Positions 8,108 to 15,682 of a DNA stretch of 33,052 nt are shown in pieces. Position 1 is the first letter of the stretch; the number at the start of each line of letters is the position of its first letter. The stretch comes from a virus (lineage: Duplodnaviria > Caudoviricetes): IMG/VR virus record IMGVR_UViG_3300049222_000379, positions 1 to 33,052 of that record; one strand, written 5' to 3'. The notes under the pieces were generated by a model that worked only from the letters and a program-made list of their open reading frames with translations, did no database searches and was not told where the DNA came from. The position numbers were made by a program, and so were the translations under genes.

Positions 8108-9389
8108 GTCGCATTAAGCTAGGAATGCGATTAGAATCGAGCATCTGCTCTTCAATCTCATCATCACTCATAGCTTCGTCTGGCAGTACAGCTTTCTCAT
8201 CTTGTGTTGGGTCGTTCATGATTCCACCAACTGCCATATCTTGTCTAGACGCATCATACTCGGCTTCTGCGTCCTTCATCATTTCTTCAAGTGTTTCTAC
8301 ACCAATCTGATCTACTGCTTTCTTTGTAAAGACAAACTCTCCGTCTGAGAGCCGTGCAGGTATATCGTCTGATGTGCCAGTACCGGGTCCGTCTACTTCT
8401 CCAGCACCTGTAAATTCTGCTGATGCCAGCACTATCTTGTCAAACAACTCACTCAATCTGTTATCAGACTCTAGTGCTTTGTTTACATATGTCATTTCAT
8501 CATCTGACAGTGTTTCGTCCATAACGTATGAAACGTAATCATCTTCCATTTCTACGTCAGGCTTCATATCTTCAACGGGTAATAGTAAGGTCATAGATCC
8601 ACCGTGTGCTTTTCCTTTTCGAACTTCTGTCGTATATTCTTTACCGTCGAACATAAAAGTTTCTTCGCCTGCTTTGAACGCTTTACTAAAAGCTTTCTCA
8701 AAAGCAGAAGCTTCTTTTTCATCTACAGGTGGCTTATCATTTATCATGTTCCAAGCTGACATAGCAGTACCAGTCAATAAAGAACCCGCAACCACCCCTT
8801 TTGCTCCAGCAAGCACTTGAGACTTTCTAACAGGCCGTGTTCCTGCAGCTTCATCAGGAATAAAGCTTCCCATAACACTTGGCTTTTCTGTAACTGAGCT
8901 TACTGATTGTATGATTGAATCTAAAAGATTATCTGTTTTACCGCCACCACCAGCACGTAAATCATCTAGTCGTGATATTTTAATAATGTCTTTTGCATCA
9001 ATAAAGTTTTTTGTTACATCTCTATTTTCATTCAGAGTATCTGCAGCTTCTTGAGCAATCTTAGATAGTGGCGTCTTTAAAGAAACAGTTCCTTTGCTAG
9101 TCATCTTTGTGTTATTTTCTACGGCCTCAACAAAAGACTCTGCCATCTCTTCTATTTCAGAAGGATCATATTTTTCTTTTAGCTCAGTAGTAATTGCTTT
9201 TGCTTTGGTTGTTTTAGGCTTAGAGATTGCTTTTAATACTTGTTTAAAGATGACACCTCCAGCACTTTTTTGTTGGCGCTCTACAGGAACCATCAACGAG
9301 CCACCCTCTGCAAAGACCTTACGTCCTTTGAGGATGTCTGCTTGTGTGACTTTACCGTCACCTGTTAGGTCTGGAAATTCTTTACTCAT
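8103..9389 (-). CDS. 428-aa head-associated protein with four RxxPhi-xxGG motifs and a GPGTGTSDDIPARLSDGEFVF domain (candidate processing protein)
   Basis: Lies between portal and scaffold; motifs read directly from the translation; function is inferred. Confidence 0.8.
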   Translation of the reverse strand: MSKEFPDLTGDGKVTQADILKGRKVFAEGGSLMVPVERQQKSAGGVIFKQVLKAISKPKTTKAKAITTELKEKYDPSEIEEMAESFVEAVENNTKMTSKGTVSLKTPLSKIAQEAADTLNENRDVTKNFIDAKDIIKISRLDDLRAGGGGKTDNLLDSIIQSVSSVTEKPSVMGSFIPDEAAGTRPVRKSQVLAGAKGVVAGSLLTGTAMSAWNMINDKPPVDEKEASAFEKAFSKAFKAGEETFMFDGKEYTTEVRKGKAHGGSMTLLLPVEDMKPDVEMEDDYVSYVMDETLSDDEMTYVNKALESDNRLSELFDKIVLASAEFTGAGEVDGPGTGTSDDIPARLSDGEFVFTKKAVDQIGVETLEEMMKDAEAEYDASRQDMAVGGIMNDPTQDEKAVLPDEAMSDDEIEEQMLDSNRIPSLMRR

Positions 9390-9612
9390 CTTTAAATTCC
9401 TTTGCGGCTTTGATTTGTGCAGGTAGCGACATCAAATTATCCAGCAAATTCACTCTCCCCTGCTTGCGGAACATTTCCTGTTCCGATGTTGCCACCACCA
9501 GTCCCTGTAGCTCCAAGGTCTTGCGGTGGTTGAGATACTCCTTCAGGGCCTCCCATAACTCCGGGTTGCTCGCCAGTGGGGACAGCTTCGCTGCCAGCTG
9601 TTTGTCCAACAT
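9382..9612 (-). CDS. Small helical hypothetical protein overlapping portal 3' end
   Basis: 76 aa, AGGA upstream, stop overlaps the start of the 428-aa gene; FRKQGRVNLL resembles small post-portal proteins of podoviruses. Confidence 0.7.
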   Translation of the reverse strand: MLDKQLAAKLSPLASNPELWEALKEYLNHRKTLELQGLVVATSEQEMFRKQGRVNLLDNLMSLPAQIKAAKEFKDE

Positions 9613-11602
9613 TATTTTGTAGTCCTATTATTTGTGCAGCAATGGCCGCTTCTTCTGGATCATTTAAAATTTCATCTGGATCAAGATCTAAGCTGTATGC
9701 AAGTTCAGAGATAAGCTTAGACATCTTAACGAACGGAGCAACGGCAGGGTTCTGTGCTGTCTGCAAGAACATAGTTAGTCGTTGACTTCTTACTTCTTTT
9801 TGCATTAGGCTGTTTGTACCCATAGCCTTAATCTCTAAATCACCCTCAGTTTTTAAAGAGCCTTCAAAGAATTGCATGTTCCATTGGAAGTATGCAAGAC
9901 CTAAAGGCCGCAACAAAAAGTCATCTAGATTCTTAACAACTGTCTTAATGTTTAGTGACGCTGCGCCAAGCAACATAGACATTCCTGATGCTGTTCGTGT
10001 CATGCTCTGAACGCCCGTCATGCCGTGTGAGTAGCTTGGAATACCTGTTTGCTCGTCTGCAAGCTGTCGGAACTTGTCAAACATCATCATGTTTTCTTGT
10101 GATGTGTTTGGAAACTTTAGTCCATGAATACTTTGACCCGGCATTCCTGCTTGACGACGGAAGATTTTACCGGGATACACTTCCATGCTTTGACCACCAG
10201 CCAACATAGACTCATCAACTTCAAAGACTAATGAGCCACTAAGAGCTAGGTTGTCGATAGCCATACGTGCGTGACCATTCATGATCTGCTGACTATCGTC
10301 CATGTTCTCTGCTACGCCAATACCAAAGAAGCTGTATGGGTTGCGCTCATACGGAAAAGCATGGTAAGGTATGCGTGAAGGCGTAAATGGATTAACAACA
10401 GCACGAAGCACAAGTCCGTTACAGACCCAAGCATTAATCTGAATCTCATCAAGATCATCTACATCATCAGCAACATCCATGCCAACTTCACGAGCATACT
10501 CAGCATCCATGATTCCCCAGTACTCAAGAACTTCGTACTTGTTAGAACCGTATTCTTCTGATCGATGATCGTCTTTTAACTCATGCTCATAGTCTTTTTC
10601 GACATAATTAGGACCAAGCTTTAGCGCCTCACGAATACTATCTTCATCAAAGTATGGAAGCTTGCTTAAAGACCTAAGCTGTGACTTATTGAGTTTATGG
10701 CGATGAAGTACATATTCGCATTCATCAAGACTCGTTGCATTTGGATCAGGAAAGAAATCCCATATTGATACAAACTCAATACGAGGAACCCGTACAAAAA
10801 GCGGGTTATACTCTCGTTCTCCTGATTCTTCACTTGTCTCCCAACGATGTAAAGTTTTGTTGAAATTAAATGGGCCTTTAATAATGCCTGTACCGAACAA
10901 ACATGATTCAAAGATTGCATTTCTTAATTCACTCGAACCGTTTGATTCATCAATCTGATCGTGAATTAACTTCTCCATGTTTCTTGCAGCTTGTTTAGCT
11001 GGAGACACTTCAAGTATTTGAGGATCAGGGTGTGGTCCGTCCTCAAAGTCATCTATGTTTTCTTCTACAAGATCATCGATAAACTTGTTTGTTCGATAAG
11101 TAGCTCCGGGCTTAAGAACTTTTCCGTCACCTTCAAAGCCTACTTCAAACGGATTCTCAACTTCTTCAGCAACATCCATACCGCCCGTTGTTGTTTCAAT
11201 GCCGGGTGCTGAGTCCTGTGAAAGATGCATGTACTCTGGAACACCTTCAGGTATTTCTGTTGGGCTAACGCCAATAGGAAACTTACCTGTTCCAAAAATA
11301 ACATCAATCAACTGACCATATGCAGCCAGTACTTTTGTTTTAGTAATCTTAATAAACACGCGAGACTTTTCATTCTCACGGAAAGGAACGTGTTTTGGGT
11401 ACATTCCTCTAAAGTTGTGGTATGCTGTGATCCAACGATCTTCATCATACTCTCTTGCTTGTTCTGCCGAAACATAACGAGCTTCGATTAAACCTGCTAA
11501 ATTAGACTTTAGTGTTTCGTTTAATTCAACATTCATGCCATCTTCATCTTCCACTTCTGTGAAATAAAGATTGTCTGCATTGTCTAAAATGTCATCATTC
11601 AT
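9437..11602 (-). CDS. Portal protein
   Basis: 721 aa directly after terL; SRVFIKITKTKV, FGTGIIKGP, WDFFPDP and FFGIGVAE motifs of podoviral portals. Confidence 0.88.
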   Translation of the reverse strand: MNDDILDNADNLYFTEVEDEDGMNVELNETLKSNLAGLIEARYVSAEQAREYDEDRWITAYHNFRGMYPKHVPFRENEKSRVFIKITKTKVLAAYGQLIDVIFGTGKFPIGVSPTEIPEGVPEYMHLSQDSAPGIETTTGGMDVAEEVENPFEVGFEGDGKVLKPGATYRTNKFIDDLVEENIDDFEDGPHPDPQILEVSPAKQAARNMEKLIHDQIDESNGSSELRNAIFESCLFGTGIIKGPFNFNKTLHRWETSEESGEREYNPLFVRVPRIEFVSIWDFFPDPNATSLDECEYVLHRHKLNKSQLRSLSKLPYFDEDSIREALKLGPNYVEKDYEHELKDDHRSEEYGSNKYEVLEYWGIMDAEYAREVGMDVADDVDDLDEIQINAWVCNGLVLRAVVNPFTPSRIPYHAFPYERNPYSFFGIGVAENMDDSQQIMNGHARMAIDNLALSGSLVFEVDESMLAGGQSMEVYPGKIFRRQAGMPGQSIHGLKFPNTSQENMMMFDKFRQLADEQTGIPSYSHGMTGVQSMTRTASGMSMLLGAASLNIKTVVKNLDDFLLRPLGLAYFQWNMQFFEGSLKTEGDLEIKAMGTNSLMQKEVRSQRLTMFLQTAQNPAVAPFVKMSKLISELAYSLDLDPDEILNDPEEAAIAAQIIGLQNNVGQTAGSEAVPTGEQPGVMGGPEGVSQPPQDLGATGTGGGNIGTGNVPQAGESEFAG

Positions 11603-11605
11603 ATA

Positions 11606-13288
11606 TTAGTAACCAAATGTTGAATCAAAAGGCTGAAAGTGTTGTTCACGCTGTAAGTCTCTTATTTGACTTAGTGGATCATTTATTCTTGGCCTAGACA
11701 TAATTAAGTATCGTAGTGCGTCGTAGGCGTGATCCGAAGCGTGTGTATTAACATCCTCAGGATTAGTCTTATCAAGTGGAATGCTTTGAAGCTCACGAAT
11801 CAGATTAGGACACGTATTAAATATCTGCATTCGTGGTCTGCCAGATGGTTGAACTTTTAAGTGTTCATGTATCTGGATTTTACCTGCAATACGATTCTTA
11901 TCTGCAGGCCTAAGCTTATGTCCGCCTTGAATTAATGTTTCTGCTACTGTGGGTCCAGTTGTTCCTGTCCTAGACCAACAGGCTGTATCTAGTACGCCTC
12001 TGACAGACATCGGATCATTTAGTTCCATGTTTGTCAACATTTCAGCAAGTTCGGTAGCCAGTAGATTTTTACGATACAATTCTCTATAGATAATTAATGT
12101 ATTATCGTTAGGATCTATCGTAGCCCAAACACAAGCTGATTCTGATGCGTAACCATAGTCAAGCCCTTTGACACGCTCCCAATGAAGAGGAATGTCAAAA
12201 GGCTCAATAATATGTATATCTCGATCAAACTCTGTAAATGCTGCGCCTTCTGCAACTTCCCAGTTACCTTCAAGCAACTGTTTGCGTTGGGTCGGCGGCA
12301 AGCTCTTTAACATCTGCTCGTATCGGCCATCCTCAGCCAAATACGGGTTGTCATTTAATCGAGCTGGTATAAACTTTCTAGTAATCCCATCGTCGCCTAT
12401 AAACGAATCATTGGGTACTGAGGGCGTTATATACCTCTTTTTGACCCATCCTGCACCTACACCGCCGGGGTTAGCCGTACAACGCATATAGGGCGTTATC
12501 TCTGAGTCAGTTGTACGTAATCGTGAAGCCAAGTAGTTCCACGAAAACTCTGTTGGTAGGTGTGTTATCTCATCAAAACCTATCCAACTGTAGGCTTGGC
12601 CCTGATAGCGATACACATCTGCATCACGTTCCAAGAATCCAAACTCTACTTTAGCACCGCTTGGAAAAGTCCAAAGCTTTTCTACCTCACGGTACTTGCA
12701 TCCGGGGAAGGCCTTAGGGTAGAGTTCACGAGATTTGTCGATAAGCTCTCGTAACTCTGGCATAGAACGCCGCAGGATTAATGCTCTATGTGCTGCCCTG
12801 TGAGCAAAACGGAGTGGGTCAACCAACATCGCATAGCTCTTACCTCCACCAGCCGCTCCACCGTATAGTACATCTGTCTCACCTGCAGCCAAGAAATCCA
12901 TTTGAGGGCCTTCATTAGGCTGAAAGATTATGTTTTCTTTCAGTTCAGGCTGAAGCGAAGGGGCTGCTTCTTCTACAAATGTTTCTTCGACAATACGATT
13001 TTTAGATTTATCTTCTAGTATGTCAAGGGCTTTTTCAGTTTTCTTTAAAGACTCTTGATGTCTTACTATACTGGAACGGGCCTGCGCTATCTTTTTTTTC
13101 TTTTGTCTAATTTTCTTAGAAGCATTTAGCTTCGCTTGGGTCTTAGAGTGGTAGTTATAGCCTCTACCTGTTGACCCTTTAGAACGCCCCGCTTTCTTAC
13201 GAGGTGTTCCATCTTTCTTTAGGACAAAATTACCATCGTCATCTTTGACATAGCTGTCTGGATTAACATCCCAATCATTCTGTGTCAT
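11606..13288 (-). CDS. terL: Terminase large subunit
   Basis: Walker A GGAAGGGKS, Walker B WIGFDE, coupling motif TANPGG, nuclease motifs GLDYG and DHAYDALRY. Confidence 0.93.
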   Translation of the reverse strand: MTQNDWDVNPDSYVKDDDGNFVLKKDGTPRKKAGRSKGSTGRGYNYHSKTQAKLNASKKIRQKKKKIAQARSSIVRHQESLKKTEKALDILEDKSKNRIVEETFVEEAAPSLQPELKENIIFQPNEGPQMDFLAAGETDVLYGGAAGGGKSYAMLVDPLRFAHRAAHRALILRRSMPELRELIDKSRELYPKAFPGCKYREVEKLWTFPSGAKVEFGFLERDADVYRYQGQAYSWIGFDEITHLPTEFSWNYLASRLRTTDSEITPYMRCTANPGGVGAGWVKKRYITPSVPNDSFIGDDGITRKFIPARLNDNPYLAEDGRYEQMLKSLPPTQRKQLLEGNWEVAEGAAFTEFDRDIHIIEPFDIPLHWERVKGLDYGYASESACVWATIDPNDNTLIIYRELYRKNLLATELAEMLTNMELNDPMSVRGVLDTACWSRTGTTGPTVAETLIQGGHKLRPADKNRIAGKIQIHEHLKVQPSGRPRMQIFNTCPNLIRELQSIPLDKTNPEDVNTHASDHAYDALRYLIMSRPRINDPLSQIRDLQREQHFQPFDSTFGY

Positions 13289-13508
13289 ATTTAGTTAGTA
13301 TTTTTTGTAGTCCTTGATGCGTTATAGGTCTTCCTGTTTTGTGGGATAACCATAATGCACCTTCACGTAAAGATAAAGATCTTGATTTAATCATCGGTAG
13401 TATCTTGTTTAAAGCTTCAAGTTGGCTGGGGATCTCTTCGATGTGTTCAGGATCGTCATCAATCAATTTATAACCAAACGGAATGGTACTGCTAGTCCGT
13501 CTCTTCAT
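13275..13508 (-). CDS. Small DNA-binding protein (recombinase-domain/HTH-like)
   Basis: PFGYK...SLREGALWLSHKTGRPITHQGLQKIL resembles the DNA-binding domain of serine recombinases; between terS and terL. Confidence 0.6.
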   Translation of the reverse strand: MKRRTSSTIPFGYKLIDDDPEHIEEIPSQLEALNKILPMIKSRSLSLREGALWLSHKTGRPITHQGLQKILTKYDTE

Positions 13509-13896
13509 ATTCTACATCTTCTATTATTGTTGTTTTTTTAGCTGGAAGAATAAACAAACCACTTGGATTCTCTATCTTTACGTCTAGTCTTTCTTTCTTT
13601 GCTACACCAACACGGTCTAGAAGCGTCTGGGCTGCTTGTAATCGAATATTAGCTTGTGGGATAGGCTCATCACTTTCTAGAACCTCTACAAGCTTTACAG
13701 CAGCTTTAGGAGCATTCATAGCTAAGATTCCTTCAGTCAAATCAAGGATCTCAGATTTCAAAGCCTTGACAACTGTGGTATAACTACCGGGAGCATAACC
13801 TGCAAGTTCTGCTGCTCTTTTAGGGTTGCCTCCACACTCTATTAAGTTGTCAAGAAAACTTTGTTGTTTTAATGTTAAATCTTTTTTAGTTTCCAT
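13492..13896 (-). CDS. terS: Terminase small subunit
   Basis: LTLKQQSFL...AAELAGY N-terminal HTH and LLDRVG motif; upstream of terL. Confidence 0.75.
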   Translation of the reverse strand: METKKDLTLKQQSFLDNLIECGGNPKRAAELAGYAPGSYTTVVKALKSEILDLTEGILAMNAPKAAVKLVEVLESDEPIPQANIRLQAAQTLLDRVGVAKKERLDVKIENPSGLFILPAKKTTIIEDVEYEETD

Positions 13897-13902
13897 GATT
13901 AT

Positions 13903-13931
13903 AGTATATACCTATATCTAAGGCTTGTCAA
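13903..13931 (-). promoter_or_regulatory. Sigma70-type promoter of morphogenesis arm
   Basis: TTGACA (13931-13926) - 17 nt - TATACT (13908-13903). Confidence 0.8.
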
Positions 13932-13954
13932 GTCTTTTTTTAAGTTTTTTAGTC

Positions 13955-13983
13955 TTGACAAAACTAAAATACAGGTGTATAAT
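13955..13983 (+). promoter_or_regulatory. Perfect-consensus sigma70 promoter, divergent from the terS promoter
   Basis: TTGACA (13955-13960) - 17 nt - TATAAT (13978-13983). Confidence 0.85.
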
Positions 13984-14088
13984 ACTATTGTACCCCGCAG
14001 AGGTACATGTATATATCCCCCGCGACTCTTAGAAGATCGGGGCGACAACCCTAGGTCTTGGAAGATCTGTGCGCCTATCTGGTAGACA

Positions 14089-14531
14089 CTTCAAAACCTT
14101 CTAAAAATGTTCGAGCATGAGTATATATATACGGGTGGGGGTATGGCCTCCTGCCCCGCCCCTTCAAAGCCTCGCAAGCCCTTCACAATCTCCCCTCACT
14201 TCAAAGCCCCTACCACATTTTCACGCATCTGTGAAGACTTCATAGCCTGTGAATATTTCACAAACTCCCTCAGCTGAAAAACACGTCATCAACTCGAAAG
14301 ATTTTTGAGACCTTCAAAAATTTTTAAAGACTGGTAGACAAGTTTTAGAGGACTTCAAAGACTTTCTAAGAATTATTTTTTAAATTTTTTCTCCAAAGGA
14401 TTTCAAAGACTTACCACATTTTTACCCCATTTCAGAAAAATATTTGAAAAAAGTTGTTGACAGCCTCAAAAGAGATCTATAGCTTAGAGATCAACCGGCA
14501 GGGAAAGGCCAGCGAAGGATACCCTTCAAAG
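14089..14531 (+). repeat. Dispersed short repeats CTTCAAAG-like; probable genome-end region
   Basis: Copies or variants at 14089, 14162, 14199, 14238, 14312, 14353, 14401 and 14524 in ORF-free DNA. Confidence 0.55.
14457..14485 (+). promoter_or_regulatory. Early sigma70 promoter with AT-rich UP element
   Basis: TTGACA (14457-14462) - 17 nt - TAGCTT (14480-14485), preceded by A/T tracts. Confidence 0.7.
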
Positions 14532-14888
14532 GATTACCGAGTACCTTTAAACAGCCAACGTCACTAACAGACGGGTAATTGTTAGCCAGATGTTTTGCAG
14601 TCTAGATGACGTGTGAGACTATCTAAGCTGGACCTTACTTGACAGGGTATCCTGTCTCATCTTCGGGTGGACCTTAGGGGAAGTGAGGTGCGAGGGTAGG
14701 CACTAATCGAAACGAGAACGATGTACTGGAAGCGCTAACGCCACAGATACAAGCGAGTATCAAATGGTGAGAGAGATCGGGCAGACAATCCAATCTCAAA
14801 AGATCATCAAAGACTGTGAAAGCTTGTGAGTTTGTGGCGTGTTTTTTGTGGGTATTCATATGCTCGTGAGTATCTACAAATAACACGC
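14492..14888 (+). ncRNA. Candidate large structured leader RNA / ncRNA
   Basis: Near-continuous hairpins with G-U pairs and a cUUCGg loop, a four-way junction at 14632-14689 and a 22-bp stem at 14837-14888; no plus-strand ORF of 60 aa or more. Confidence 0.6.
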
Positions 14889-14911
14889 AATAAACCAAAG
14901 GTATTTGAACC

Positions 14912-15352
14912 ATGAAACAAAGTTTTGAAAATGTTCACGAGGTCATGACCGGAGCCTACAAAGAAAATAATTTTTGTACGGTTGTCAGTCTAGCGGTTGC
15001 GTTCAATTGGAGCGCAGGCAAGGCACACAGGCATATGACGAAATACGGCAGGAAGTACCGCAGAGGTCCGGAATGGGATCAATACACAAAAGCGCTACTC
15101 GATGCCGCAGAGAGTGAAGGGAAGACAGTCGTTTTTAGTCGTGATTGGAATGGCGTCACGCTCAATAAGTTTGTGAAGGCACATCCAACAGGCACATGGT
15201 TTATATGTGTGAAGGGACACATCACGGTTTTAATTGATGGGAAGCTCCACGACTGGACAGCAAAAACAGCAGGTAAGAGAAAGATAGCTTACCGATCTGC
15301 GTTCGAAATGAACGGAAAATATGATTACGGAATCGCAAAAATAGAGGGCTAA
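14912..15352 (+). CDS. First early gene; papain-fold (C39-like) Cys-His-Asp peptidase-like protein
   Basis: ENNFCTVVSLAVA...GHITVLIDGKLHDW gives Cys/His/Asp order and spacing of small papain-fold enzymes. Confidence 0.6.
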   Translation: MKQSFENVHEVMTGAYKENNFCTVVSLAVAFNWSAGKAHRHMTKYGRKYRRGPEWDQYTKALLDAAESEGKTVVFSRDWNGVTLNKFVKAHPTGTWFICVKGHITVLIDGKLHDWTAKTAGKRKIAYRSAFEMNGKYDYGIAKIEG

Positions 15353-15355
15353 ACA

Positions 15356-15460
15356 ATGATCAAACTTTTAATCATCAATACATTTATTCTAGGATTCAAC
15401 GTCATAGCAGTAGGCGCGATATCAATCCTTATTACCTTTCAACCTTTAATGGGGTGCTAA
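15356..15460 (+). CDS. Small membrane peptide (34 aa)
   Basis: MIKLLIINTFILGFNVIAVGAISILITFQPLMGC; GAGG upstream; fills the gap exactly. Confidence 0.55.
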   Translation: MIKLLIINTFILGFNVIAVGAISILITFQPLMGC

Positions 15461-15462
15461 TC

Positions 15463-15672
15463 ATGATCGTATGCTACGCAGACAGACCAGACGGATACAA
15501 TGGACACACAGCCAGAGTTAAGCTAGTGTTGGACAAAGGTAAACTTTACGAATACCATGACAGCGGGTTTCATGTGTCGCCAGTGTTGGACATGTATCGA
15601 TTCCCAAATGCGGAAACCGCTTTGTGGTACGTCAACAAAAAATCAGACTTTTACACCAACGTAATAGCATAG
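15463..15672 (+). CDS. Hypothetical early protein
   Basis: ORF in tight operon; ATG 15463 after GGGGTG. Confidence 0.65.
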   Translation: MIVCYADRPDGYNGHTARVKLVLDKGKLYEYHDSGFHVSPVLDMYRFPNAETALWYVNKKSDFYTNVIA

Positions 15673-15682
15673 GACAAAAGCC

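Noticed and set aside
13275-13508. Integrase/prophage interpretation
   Set aside because: Only a 77-aa DNA-binding-like domain without a catalytic domain; no host genes or att sites visible.
14632-14689. tRNA gene (cloverleaf-like fold)
   Set aside because: Only ~58 nt, with no TTCRA T-loop, 7-nt anticodon loop or CCA end; kept as part of the ncRNA candidate.
14674-14913. 79-aa minus-strand ORF in the leader region
   Set aside because: Antisense to the early transcript, no recognisable motifs; region better explained by RNA structure.
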